60,467 bases of DNA from an uncultured Gammaproteobacteria bacterium (GTDB taxonomy: Bacteria; Patescibacteriota; Microgenomatia; CAZETR01; Amesbacteraceae): assembly GCA_964502885.1 (NCBI GenBank), contig CAZCXU010000005.1, positions 1 to 60,467 of the forward strand. Reading direction: 5' to 3'. Each line of letters starts with the position of its first letter. Within the stretch, counting starts at the first letter, position 1. The position numbers were made by a program, and so were the translations under genes. The notes under the pieces are model-generated. The model was not told the origin of the DNA, ran no database searches, and was given only the letters and a program-made list of their open reading frames with translations. Positions 1 to 9,055 of this stretch are shown here, one piece after another.

Positions 1-507
1 ACTAATCCGGTAAAGATAAAAGCTGTGGAGTTGGGCTTTGCCCAGATGTTTCCAGATGAAGATTTTAAGGTGGAGGGTGTGTCTGCGCCGTCTGGGGTAA
101 GTGACCAGCCGATTGGTGAGGAAGAGACGCTGGCGGGAGCGAATAATAGAGTGGAAAATGTGTCGAGATTGCGGCCGGATGTGGATTTTTGGATTGGAAT
201 AGAGGGGGGAGTGAAAAACGTGGGTGATGAGATGGAGGCATTTGCCTGTGTGGTGGTGAAATCACGAGAGGGTGGTAGGGGCAAGGCGCGATCCGGATCT
301 TTTTTTCTGCCGAAGCGGATTGTGGAACTGGTAAAGAAGGGTAAAGAATTGGGAGAGGCGGATGATATTGTGTTTGGGAAAGTTAATTCTAAACAGGCGA
401 ATGGTACCGTGGGAAATCTGACCGGTGATGCGGTGACGCGAACAAAATACTATGAACATGCGGTGATATTGGCGCTGGTGGCATTTAAGAACTCAGATTT
501 GTATTGA
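1..507 (+). CDS. yjjX: Inosine/xanthosine triphosphatase (YjjX / NTPase I-T family); 5' end runs off the window
   Basis: Frame 1 is open from nt 1 (TNPVKIKAVELGF...), so the GTG at 25 is internal. Family-typical strings are present: SGVSDQP, WIGIEGG, EAFACVVV, GTVGNLTGD. The TGA stop at 505-507 lies 1 nt before the next ATG. Confidence 0.75.
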   Translation, partial: TNPVKIKAVELGFAQMFPDEDFKVEGVSAPSGVSDQPIGEEETLAGANNRVENVSRLRPDVDFWIGIEGGVKNVGDEMEAFACVVVKSREGGRGKARSGSFFLPKRIVELVKKGKELGEADDIVFGKVNSKQANGTVGNLTGDAVTRTKYYEHAVILALVAFKNSDLY

Positions 508-508
508 T

Positions 509-1018
509 ATGAATTTGGAGCAATATAAATCTGGCTTGACTGAACAGCTGGGACGGGCCACTCTGATGTTTTTGTTGCGGGGGGATGAGATTATGCTGGC
601 AATGAAGAAGCGGGGGTTTGGGGCGAATAAGCCAAATGGTCCGGGGGGAAAATATGATCCCACAAAAGATAAGGATATAAGTGATACGGCTATAAGAGAG
701 ACGGAAGAAGAAATTGGTGTGATTCCGGTGGGGGCAAAGCTGGTAGCTGTGTTGAGTTTCTATTTCCCAAACACTAATTTTGGAAAAGAGGTGTGGGTTT
801 ATACTTCAGAAAATTGGGAAGGGGAACCAGTTGAGAGCGAAGAAATGAAGCCGAAATGGTATAACAGGGCAGAAATACCTTTTGATCAGATGTGGCCGGA
901 TGAGGCAATTTGGCTACCTAGAATACTTGCAGGCGCTATGCTTAGAGGTGAGTTTATGTTTGGGGAGAATGACAAAATTGAGGAGTACCATTTGGATGAA
1001 GTAGAGAAGTTGGAGTAG
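509..1018 (+). CDS. NUDIX hydrolase, MutT/MTH1-like
   Basis: Nudix box region GGKYDPTKDKDISDTAIRETEEEIGV. The C-terminal WPDEAIWLPRIL...GEFMF resembles MTH1-type proteins. It is tightly packed behind yjjX. Confidence 0.8.
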   Translation: MNLEQYKSGLTEQLGRATLMFLLRGDEIMLAMKKRGFGANKPNGPGGKYDPTKDKDISDTAIRETEEEIGVIPVGAKLVAVLSFYFPNTNFGKEVWVYTSENWEGEPVESEEMKPKWYNRAEIPFDQMWPDEAIWLPRILAGAMLRGEFMFGENDKIEEYHLDEVEKLE

Positions 1019-1036
1019 GCGACTATTAGGATTTGG

Positions 1037-1855
1037 TTGCAATCTCTGAGAATCCTAGCTTCGGGTTATTTTGACAAGACCATAGATGTAGGAGCGCAAG
1101 TGTCGGGAATAGTTGGCTCGATGTACGAAACCAGGCAAACAAATGAAGAAGAGAAACCAATTGAGCAAGCGAAAGTGGCGTATCTGGATGTTAAGACGAA
1201 TACGATTAAAGCAATCACAACTACCTATGGGGACAATTCAACTGTGGATATGCTTGCTGGGTTAAACGAAGCAGCAAATGCGGGAGGATTACCCATGATG
1301 TTGGTGCATGAACATCCAAGAGATAGTATGTTTTCTCCCGATGATTATTTCCCGCTGATATTTGGTGATAAGCAAACAAATACGAGAGTGGTTAATGGAA
1401 TAATGGTGATGACTCCTGGTATGCAAGTAATGGCACTGGCTACTAATGAAACTCCACTATTTAGCACCATGAATGATGCCGACAACTTAATCGAATCACA
1501 CAATCAGGAGAGGATTGCCGCCAAAACCCAGTTGGAGGATAAAGGGCAGGCAGAAATAGATAGACAGTTGGGAGCGAGGGCGGCGATTGAACAAACAACT
1601 AAGGCGATAGAGGATTTTGCTGCAAAAACGGATACCAGTAATGACCCTAAATTACAGCAACTAATAGCCAATATGGTGGAATCCAAAAATAAAGCAGTCG
1701 CGGAAACAGAACAAAATATCCTGTCCGCAGATCAAGAAGTAAAAAATGGTGTACCCCGATTAGTTAACGCCTCTTTGATAAGTTTGGCTAGGGAAATGCA
1801 TGTAAAACTTTATATAAGTACAGATAAAAGAAACTTTAAGGAATTTAGTGCTTAA
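1037..1855 (+). CDS. Hypothetical protein with a JAB/MPN-like HxH...SxxD motif and a coiled-coil C-terminal half
   Basis: 272-aa ORF with a TTG start. VHEHPRDSMFSPDD resembles the JAMM/RadC motif HxHx7SxxD but has 6-residue spacing. The C-terminal half is Q/E/A/K-rich and helical. Confidence 0.5.
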   Translation: MQSLRILASGYFDKTIDVGAQVSGIVGSMYETRQTNEEEKPIEQAKVAYLDVKTNTIKAITTTYGDNSTVDMLAGLNEAANAGGLPMMLVHEHPRDSMFSPDDYFPLIFGDKQTNTRVVNGIMVMTPGMQVMALATNETPLFSTMNDADNLIESHNQERIAAKTQLEDKGQAEIDRQLGARAAIEQTTKAIEDFAAKTDTSNDPKLQQLIANMVESKNKAVAETEQNILSADQEVKNGVPRLVNASLISLAREMHVKLYISTDKRNFKEFSA

Positions 1856-1897
1856 AAAAATGATATTATTAAATCGTATTAACGATGAAAATGAAGG

Positions 1898-2119
1898 GTG
1901 GTGATATCTGTGGAAGATAATAAATGTGATCATCAGTGGACACAATCAGGTTTGTGGGATGGCAAAGACCCAAATACCGGGGCTAGAACCGGTGGAGCTT
2001 TCTATAGGTGTAAATTGTGTGGTAAGAAAGTTACCTCTATGGAGCAAGTAAAAGCTCTGGGAGGAACTTATGATCCAAATACAGATGTAATGGGGAGACC
2101 AGTAACAAAGTCAGAATAA
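1898..2119 (+). CDS. Small zinc-ribbon-like protein (hypothetical)
   Basis: 73-aa ORF with a GTG start. It carries CDH...(25 aa)...CKLC cysteine/histidine pairs. Confidence 0.4.
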   Translation: MVISVEDNKCDHQWTQSGLWDGKDPNTGARTGGAFYRCKLCGKKVTSMEQVKALGGTYDPNTDVMGRPVTKSE

Positions 2120-2531
2120 TAAGACTTGGTCTTGACACAAAGAACCAGGAGTTTTACCTGATTTTTTGTACAAAAAGATATTGCAATTGATTATAAATCA
2201 AATGATATACAACTAATCAGTCAAACGATTATCCGGTCGTAGTGGGGATTACAGGAGGCGATAGGCCAATACCAAGATCAGAACTTAAACAACTCGTATA
2301 GGTCAACTTTGAGAGCTTTGAAGAATACAAAAAAAGGGGCAGACGAAGATCAATCATTTTTATGAAAAATTATTACTTCTGAAAAACAGGATGCATACAA
2401 AGACGGCAAGGCAAATGGCAGAGGAGAGGCATAAATTTATGGAGAAGTTTTTGGAAGAGTTTTTTGCGGAATGGAATGGCGAGAGATAGAAGTGAGAGGA
2501 CACAAGCTATTTGTGGTAAGATGCTGGTCTG

Positions 2532-3281
2532 GTGACGAACGAAAGTGAATATCTGACATTTAAGCCGCCGGAATGGATGAAAGGAATGCCGAGTGCCAAA
2601 GAGTTGACCGAAGAAAGCAAGTCATTTGCACCGGAAGTTATGATAACGATTATGAGTGCAGCGGTGTGGCAGGTTATTGAGACAGTTGGCCCTAATCAGA
2701 TGTTTAGGACAAATGCAGTGGCCGGGTGGGTGGAGTGGTGGAGACTTTTTTATGCCGAGCTATGTGAAAGGCCTTGCTTTATGGGGAAAGAAGTGGTGGA
2801 AAACCCAAATGTAATGTCGGTAAAGGAAATGGGAGGGCGAATTTTCGAGAAAAACCTGGATGATGGCACCAGTACTGGGGTGTTGTTGATGGCGACTGGT
2901 GATGGAACAGCTGGACATAGATATGCGGCTAATTGGATGAAGAGGTTTGTGCAAATACCCATTGTTCTATTGGAGCAAGACGGGTACTTTAAGCAGAATC
3001 CAGACAGGAGAAAACCATATTTCCCGCCGGAAGTAAGACTTACAATGTGGGCTCATTTTGGGGTGTGGACCGGACTAATACCGGATCGACCGAAAGAATT
3101 AGAAAAAGGGAAGTTTTATGACGACTTGGTGAAAAACCTGGGGGTGGACTATAGTTTTGCCACTGTTGGTGATCCGAATCTGACAACCAAGATTGTGCGC
3201 GGTAAAAAACGGGCAAGCTTTACGACAATTCCGAATGATGAAGCGCCACATGGTAGTGATTTAACGCGGCGATTGTTTTGA
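2532..3281 (+). CDS. Hypothetical protein (ORFan by eye)
   Basis: 249-aa ORF with balanced composition. No motif recognised. Confidence 0.5.
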   Translation: MTNESEYLTFKPPEWMKGMPSAKELTEESKSFAPEVMITIMSAAVWQVIETVGPNQMFRTNAVAGWVEWWRLFYAELCERPCFMGKEVVENPNVMSVKEMGGRIFEKNLDDGTSTGVLLMATGDGTAGHRYAANWMKRFVQIPIVLLEQDGYFKQNPDRRKPYFPPEVRLTMWAHFGVWTGLIPDRPKELEKGKFYDDLVKNLGVDYSFATVGDPNLTTKIVRGKKRASFTTIPNDEAPHGSDLTRRLF

Positions 3282-3302
3282 GATGATTGACAAGATATTG
3301 GT

Positions 3303-3644
3303 GTGGCTATAATGTGTGCATATATGCCGATGGGGAGATTTCCACAAGCAAGTGAATATATCGCTTCACTGCGGGGTGAGGGGGATGCTTTGGACAAGAT
3401 GGTAAGAAGACTGGTGCAAAGTTATGGCGATGCGAATCGGGTACGGAAAGCGATGGATGAAAGATTTAATAAGGGGGTGCGGGTGGTGCCGGCAATTGAT
3501 AGAAACGGCCGGGTGACTAAAATACGAAGAGTGGGAGATTTGGGAAAACGCAGATATCAGATTGAGGGCACTGATGGCAGCTGGTATGAACCTGAGGAAA
3601 AAGTGTGGGCGTTGGCCATGTTTGAGTTGGGACGACAAAAGTAA
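3303..3644 (+). CDS. Hypothetical protein
   Basis: 113-aa ORF, basic, 21 nt after the previous stop. No motif recognised. Confidence 0.45.
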   Translation: MAIMCAYMPMGRFPQASEYIASLRGEGDALDKMVRRLVQSYGDANRVRKAMDERFNKGVRVVPAIDRNGRVTKIRRVGDLGKRRYQIEGTDGSWYEPEEKVWALAMFELGRQK

Positions 3645-3697
3645 CCCCGGGTCTTCATACGAATTGCAAAGTTGTGCATATTGTCTATACTATTCTC

Positions 3698-4384
3698 ATG
3701 CAAAAACATGAGGACAAGAAACACAACCATGAGGAAGCTAAAGAAAAGTTGGTTTTAGAACCGGAAGTTGAAACAGTACCGGGAGTGGAAGAGGTGGATG
3801 CGAGACTAAAAGAGTTTGCGCAGATTTCTGATTCACCCACTTCGAGTATTTCGGAGGTGGCGGAGGTTGGTTCAAAGGTGCGACGAATTCGTCCTCCTGC
3901 TGTGGGACCGTGGATAGCGGCTTCTTTTGTGTTGGGGATCAGTCTGGGAGTGGTGAGCGGTTGGGGGATGTGGGAAAAACAGCTGCTTAATAAATTGGTG
4001 CCTGCTGCATCCGGTCCAGAACCAACCCGGGTAGTGGAAGGCGGTGTCAGTCCAACACTGGCGCCGACGCCAACAGCTGCAGCGGCTATGAAGCGGGAAG
4101 ATCTGAAAATAAAAGTCCTGAACGGAACCGGGAAATCTGGGGTGGCAGCAAAGGGAAAGGATTATCTGGAAGGATTGGGGTATAAAGATGTGCAAACTGG
4201 TAACGCAAAACGTAGCGATTATGGGAGTACTGAAGTGATTTTTAATAAATCAAAAACTGGATATTGGACACTATTGCAGGAAGACTTGGGGAAGAATTAT
4301 GAATTGGCTGCCGGGTTTAGTACCGATGATGAGTTAACTGGTGCGGCTGGGGTAGACGCGATAGTAGTGGTTGGTGCAAAGTAG
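3698..4384 (+). CDS. Membrane-anchored LytR_C (LytR/CpsA/Psr C-terminal) domain protein
   Basis: One TM segment (WIAASFVLGISLGVVSGWG), then LKIKVLNGTGKSGVAAKGKDYLEGLGYKDV...AIVVVG, typical of the LytR_C domain. The ATG at 3698 is preferred over the GTG at 3674. Confidence 0.65.
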   Translation: MQKHEDKKHNHEEAKEKLVLEPEVETVPGVEEVDARLKEFAQISDSPTSSISEVAEVGSKVRRIRPPAVGPWIAASFVLGISLGVVSGWGMWEKQLLNKLVPAASGPEPTRVVEGGVSPTLAPTPTAAAAMKREDLKIKVLNGTGKSGVAAKGKDYLEGLGYKDVQTGNAKRSDYGSTEVIFNKSKTGYWTLLQEDLGKNYELAAGFSTDDELTGAAGVDAIVVVGAK

Positions 4385-4396
4385 TAAGTTGCCAGA

Positions 4397-5686
4397 TTAC
4401 TTGAAATTAAATTCTTCAAAGACAATTTGGGAATTGGGAACGCCAATTTCTGTTAGTTGAGTCTCAAAAGATTTGACAAGACTGATGGGGCCACAGAGAA
4501 AGAAGTGACATTTTCGGGGATCAATTTTTGATTTGGATAAGACATCTTTGACGGTTATTTTCCCTTTGGTTTGAGTGTCGTGAAGGTAGTAGGAAAATTT
4601 TTTGGACTTGGATAACAATTTGAGATTTGTGTGATAATAAGCCGCTTCGGCAGAGCGGACTGAATAAAACAGGTGTGTGGATTTGGGGAATTTGCGTAAA
4701 TCCGATTGAAGCAAACTGAGAAATGGAGTGATGCCGATGCCGCCGGCGATACAAATAGCGGTGTCAGCATGAGGAAATTTTTCAGAGAAGGTGCCGTAAG
4801 GCCCGATAACTTTGGCCTTTGCACCGATCGGGATTTTGGAAAGCAAATTTGTAAAATCTCCGGATTTGGAAATTGCAAATTGCAGTGAGTTGGTTTGCGG
4901 CGATGACGCAATAGTGAAGGGGTGCAGTTCGTCGAGTGCGGGGTAATCGGGGAATTTCAGAAATGCAAACTGGCCAGGAAAGAAATTCAATCTATTTGCA
5001 GCAGCTCCAAGTGTGATCTCCGTGAAATTTCCTTTTGGGGAAACTTTTTCAACAAAATAAGAATAGACCGGGCCGAATTTTTCGTAGAGGAAACGACGAT
5101 AAATAAAACACCCAGTACCGAAAATGGCGAGGCCTATGATCCAGACTTTGAGAGGCAAATAAGAACTGACGTCACTACCTATTAACAATGAATGCAGGCC
5201 GCCCAGGATGACTACTAGGCCCATAAACTCGTGAGTAGCTTTCCAAGTGCGGTAGGGGAGTTTTATCCAGAGGGTTAGTCCCAATAGGGTGAGCATAGTG
5301 ATGAAAGCAAGCACTCCCAAATAGTAGCCAAGATTGGGGGAAACAAACAGATAATAAAAAGGGTTTGCTTCGATGGTGAGTTGGTGAATAAAAAGAAAAG
5401 TGGGGTGGAGAATGAGGAGGACCAGGGAGGTGATTCCCAACAGTCGGTGTTGTTTGTATATTTTGTCCAGTCCGCCCAATAACTTTTCTAAGAAAGGAAG
5501 TCGGCTGCTAAAGAGATAGTTTAGGCTGAGAGAAACAATACCTAGCAGGGCGGTTACTTGGGATCCTGTGAGCAGCAGTTGGTCAGGACGGGCGAAAGAG
5601 AGATTTTGATTTGATAGGACATACATCATCAGGGTGATGATGTAGGAGGTAAAAACAATGGTGGAACCAGATGTGGTGATTTGCAT
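4397..5686 (-). CDS. NOX/ferric-reductase family flavocytochrome (6-TM bis-heme domain plus FAD/NAD(P)H dehydrogenase domain)
   Basis: TM His pairs HRLLGITSLVLLILH (14 apart) and HEFMGLVVILGGLH (13 apart). Also HPFTIASSP (FAD), GPYG, GGIGITPFLS (NAD(P)H) and C-terminal FFLCGP. The start is set at ATG 5686 (MQITT...), 8 nt after the upstream TAA at 5694-5696. The longer track ORF (to 5827) would overlap the upstream gene. Confidence 0.8.
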   Translation of the reverse strand: MQITTSGSTIVFTSYIITLMMYVLSNQNLSFARPDQLLLTGSQVTALLGIVSLSLNYLFSSRLPFLEKLLGGLDKIYKQHRLLGITSLVLLILHPTFLFIHQLTIEANPFYYLFVSPNLGYYLGVLAFITMLTLLGLTLWIKLPYRTWKATHEFMGLVVILGGLHSLLIGSDVSSYLPLKVWIIGLAIFGTGCFIYRRFLYEKFGPVYSYFVEKVSPKGNFTEITLGAAANRLNFFPGQFAFLKFPDYPALDELHPFTIASSPQTNSLQFAISKSGDFTNLLSKIPIGAKAKVIGPYGTFSEKFPHADTAICIAGGIGITPFLSLLQSDLRKFPKSTHLFYSVRSAEAAYYHTNLKLLSKSKKFSYYLHDTQTKGKITVKDVLSKSKIDPRKCHFFLCGPISLVKSFETQLTEIGVPNSQIVFEEFNFK

Positions 5687-5693
5687 TTGATGA

Positions 5694-7316
5694 TTAGTCG
5701 CGACTTGCCCAGATAGTATATGGTATGCCACCACTAATACGCCTAACTTCACTGACAACTTCCATATTGTCGTGTGTGGGACAGCCTTCTGCGTCAACAG
5801 CAATAGCGTTTTTAATCCTGCGGTCAATCAGCTCCTGAGCCGGGCAACGGAACTGGGTAAAAATGTATTTTCCATACATAAATACTTGAGACTTGGAAGA
5901 AGCCAATTCCATATTGAAAGTTTTAGGATTTTGGCGGGTAAGAAACGCGTACCAGGGGTAGGTGTGATCAGGGCGATTGGTGATGTAGATACCGGTGTAC
6001 TTGTCTTCCAGACCTTTAAGTGTAGAAAAGAGTTCGATTGCTCCCGAGTTTCGGGTAATCGTCAATTCATCGCGCACCGGATTGTGGACCATGTACATGT
6101 GAGTGTAGTGGAATAAGTCCAAGATGAGGATGAGCGCGAGAAAAATCAGCGGTAAGCGGGTAAATCTTTTGAGCCAGTAGATGCCTAGACCGACCAGCAT
6201 GGATAAAAAGGGAGACATAAGCAGGCTGCGGTGGAGATTTGGAGCGTCTTCGGTGGTGATGGCAGCCGGGAGGGGGGCAACCAGGAGAAGGGCAAGCGGT
6301 AGAAGGGAAAATTTTTGAGGCCTTTGGGCGAGTGCGATAAGTCCGATGACCAGGAGAAAGAATTCAGTGTAAAGCAGTAGTCCGCGCATAACGGTTTGGT
6401 ATCGGGCGGGTTTGGCCTCCTCAAAATTCAGGAAGAAGCTTCCTGAGAAATAGCGGGTGTACTCATTTAAGAATCTGGAGGAATAAAGAACCACTTTGTT
6501 GTGCAGGGCGCGGGCGAGGAAAACTTTGTTGTTGCCTTCTTCAAAAGGAAGCCGGTCCAGTTCTTTGCGAACCCCGGCATCTGTAAATATGGATACTTGG
6601 GATAGGCGGCCGCGGGCGGCCGGGGTGAGAATAAAGCTTAGAGTCAATAAAGAAACGATGATTAAGACGGAAAACGAGGAAATGATGATTTTTTTGGTGA
6701 CATAAAAATGGTGAACAATGGCTGTGAGCACAAAAAGCGGTACGAGCATGCGGGCTGTATGGTAAAAAAAGAAAGATAAAGTCAATAAAATTGTGGCCAA
6801 AAGGAGGGTGGCAAAGTTTCTGGGAAAAGATGAAAAAGACTTGATAAGAAAGACCAGACCGAAAATGATCAAGGTGGTGGCAATAATTCCTTCCGAAGAA
6901 GCGCGACTTAGTGTGATATGCCAGGGGGATAAAGCGAGTGCCAGTGCTGAAAAAAGTGAAAGCAACCGATTTTTGGTAAGAAAGTATGAAAGAAAGAAAA
7001 CTCCAATAACAGTCAGACTGCCGAAAATTGCGGCAGGAAAACGGACTGCATATTGGGTGAGGCCAAAGGCTGCGAGAGATGGAGCGGTGGCATAAAAAAT
7101 GCCGGTGGGTCGTTGATCCCCAAAAGTGTCGTAATGAAGAGGAAAAGGGTGAAGCCAGTCGTCTGCTCCGGTCTTCCACAATGAATACGCATTCCAGCCG
7201 ATTTTCACTTCGTCGACATGAAATCCGCCGGGAAGATTTGCCAGTTGGCAAAGACGAAAGAATAGCCCCAGAGTCGTGATGAGAATAAGAGGATGAGTAA
7301 TAAAGCGTCTGAACAT
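5694..7316 (-). CDS. GT-C fold glycosyltransferase, family 39/83-like (PMT/ArnT-type)
   Basis: About 12 predicted TM helices. The first-loop motif GGFHVDEVKIGWNAYSL carries the DE dyad typical of PMT/ArnT enzymes. There is a soluble C-terminal domain. Confidence 0.75.
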   Translation of the reverse strand: MFRRFITHPLILITTLGLFFRLCQLANLPGGFHVDEVKIGWNAYSLWKTGADDWLHPFPLHYDTFGDQRPTGIFYATAPSLAAFGLTQYAVRFPAAIFGSLTVIGVFFLSYFLTKNRLLSLFSALALALSPWHITLSRASSEGIIATTLIIFGLVFLIKSFSSFPRNFATLLLATILLTLSFFFYHTARMLVPLFVLTAIVHHFYVTKKIIISSFSVLIIVSLLTLSFILTPAARGRLSQVSIFTDAGVRKELDRLPFEEGNNKVFLARALHNKVVLYSSRFLNEYTRYFSGSFFLNFEEAKPARYQTVMRGLLLYTEFFLLVIGLIALAQRPQKFSLLPLALLLVAPLPAAITTEDAPNLHRSLLMSPFLSMLVGLGIYWLKRFTRLPLIFLALILILDLFHYTHMYMVHNPVRDELTITRNSGAIELFSTLKGLEDKYTGIYITNRPDHTYPWYAFLTRQNPKTFNMELASSKSQVFMYGKYIFTQFRCPAQELIDRRIKNAIAVDAEGCPTHDNMEVVSEVRRISGGIPYTIWASRD

Positions 7317-7359
7317 AAGGAGATTATACGAGAAAATTTTTCGAATATAATGTAGGGAT

Positions 7360-8349
7360 ATGAAGAAAGGTTTTTGGAATAATTTGATAAAACCGTTTGT
7401 GGCACTTGCCCCAATGGAGGGGGTAACGGATAGTGTGTTTCGGCGAATGGTAGGAAAAGCAGGGAAGCCCGATGTGTTTTACACTGAGTTTACAAGCGTG
7501 GATGGAATTTGTTCAGAAGGACTCAAAAAAGTTACTGACAGGCTCTTATTCAGTACTAATGAGAGACCTATTGTGGCGCAAATATGGGGAAAAAATCCGG
7601 ATAATTTTTGCAGGGCGGCGCGGATCATTTCGGAGATGGGGTTTGATGGGATTGATATAAACTTAGGGTGTCCGGTAAGGGAGGTAATGAGGCAGGGTGC
7701 GTGTGGTGCGATGATCGGAAAGAATGATCTGGTGAAAGAGATTGTTGAAGCGACTAAAAAGGGCGCAGGAGGTTTACCGGTTTCGGTAAAGACGAGAATC
7801 GGGAATAAAAAAATTATGACTGAAGAATGGATAGGCTTTTTGTTGTCGCTGAATTTGGCTGAAATTACTGTTCATGGTCGAACGGTGGCGGAACAGTCCA
7901 AAGTTGCTGCGCATTGGGATGAGATTGCCAAAGCGGTTGTTTTGAGAAATCAAATGAAAGTGGAAACATCGATATGTGGAAACGGGGACGTAAAGACGGG
8001 AGTGCAAGCGGGTGAATTGTCGGAAAAATATGGAGTGGATGGAATAATGATTGGGCGGGGAATTTTTGAAAGTCCTGCGGCACTAAGTAAAGATAAAAGC
8101 GAGATGGGGTTTGCGGAAAAGATTGAACTCATGAATGAACATGCCAGAATGTGGGAAGAAGTGTGGCAGGGGAGACGGCCATTTGTGGAGTTTCGTAAAC
8201 TCATAAAAATGTATGTGAATGGTTTTGATGGGGCGGCTGGAGTGCGGGCAAAGTTGATGGAAGCTGCAAATGCGAATCAGGTGGAGGAAGTGTGTCGGAA
8301 TCTTTTAGGTTCGGGTCTTCTGGTACCAGCGAAACAGATTAGCGACTGA
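7360..8349 (+). CDS. dus: tRNA-dihydrouridine synthase
   Basis: ALAPMEGVTDSVFRRM, GFDGIDINLGCP, VSVKTRIG, ITVHGRT, GNGDV. This is the canonical Dus TIM-barrel motif series. Confidence 0.9.
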   Translation: MKKGFWNNLIKPFVALAPMEGVTDSVFRRMVGKAGKPDVFYTEFTSVDGICSEGLKKVTDRLLFSTNERPIVAQIWGKNPDNFCRAARIISEMGFDGIDINLGCPVREVMRQGACGAMIGKNDLVKEIVEATKKGAGGLPVSVKTRIGNKKIMTEEWIGFLLSLNLAEITVHGRTVAEQSKVAAHWDEIAKAVVLRNQMKVETSICGNGDVKTGVQAGELSEKYGVDGIMIGRGIFESPAALSKDKSEMGFAEKIELMNEHARMWEEVWQGRRPFVEFRKLIKMYVNGFDGAAGVRAKLMEAANANQVEEVCRNLLGSGLLVPAKQISD

Positions 8350-8565
8350 AGTGTTGATGGAATCGAGTGCCAATAAGACCTGATCACGGACTTCAAGGGA
8401 TGAAATTTCGACTTTGTTGAGTGAATTGATCCAGTCAGTAAGTTTGTTTACCAGTCGATCTGTTTCGTCGGGTTCCAGGCCGGCGGCTGTGACGACTCTG
8501 GCAATTTTGTCGAGATCAAAAGGCTCTTTTGAGCCATCTCGTTTGATAATTTGCAGATGTTTCAT
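8305..8565 (-). CDS. Stand-alone ATP-cone domain protein
   Basis: MKHLQIIKRDGSKEPFDLDKI... matches the ATP-cone N-terminal signature. About 86 aa from ATG 8565. Its 3' end overlaps the dus 3' end convergently by 45 nt. Confidence 0.6.
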   Translation of the reverse strand: MKHLQIIKRDGSKEPFDLDKIARVVTAAGLEPDETDRLVNKLTDWINSLNKVEISSLEVRDQVLLALDSINTSVANLFRWYQKTRT

Positions 8566-8620
8566 GTGCAGAAAGTATATCATGGAAGAAATTATTCATT
8601 TTTTGTTTTAAAATGATGAT

Positions 8621-9055
8621 ATGGTTGCAAATTTACTGGGGAAATTTGAGTTGGAGCTTTTGACAAGTCTGGGGTTGGCGCTTTTTTGCGGAATAATAAT
8701 CGGAGGGGAAAGGGAGCTTCGGCATAAGCCGGCTGGCCTCAGCACACATTCTTTAGTAATCGGGGCGGCGACGATATTTGCGACAATGGCACGGACGATG
8801 GGAAATGGAAGTGCGTATGCAATAGCTGCACAGATTGTGTCGGGTGTGGGGTTTTTGGGTGCAGGGGTGATTTTGAAATCGGAAAGAAGTGGGGGAATAA
8901 CAAATCTGACAACTGCGGCTTCATTGTGGTTTTCGGCTGCGGTGGGGATGATGCTCGGATTTGGTTATCCAATTGCGGGCATTTTGGCAACAGTGTACGC
9001 GGTAGTTTCTTCGCGGATACCAAAGATCAATAAGCGCGATGATAAAGACGATTAG
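8621..9055 (+). CDS. MgtC/SapB family membrane protein
   Basis: GGERELRHKPAGLSTHSLV, VSGVGFLGAGVIL, TTAASLWFSAAVGM. These are typical MgtC core motifs. Confidence 0.8.
   Translation: MVANLLGKFELELLTSLGLALFCGIIIGGERELRHKPAGLSTHSLVIGAATIFATMARTMGNGSAYAIAAQIVSGVGFLGAGVILKSERSGGITNLTTAASLWFSAAVGMMLGFGYPIAGILATVYAVVSSRIPKINKRDDKDD

Noticed and set aside
4397-5827. Longer 476-aa version of the NOX-like gene starting at 5827.
   Set aside because: It would overlap the upstream GT39 gene by 134 nt, and the extra N-terminus is not NOX-like. The ATG at 5686, just after the upstream stop, gives a standard 6-TM start.
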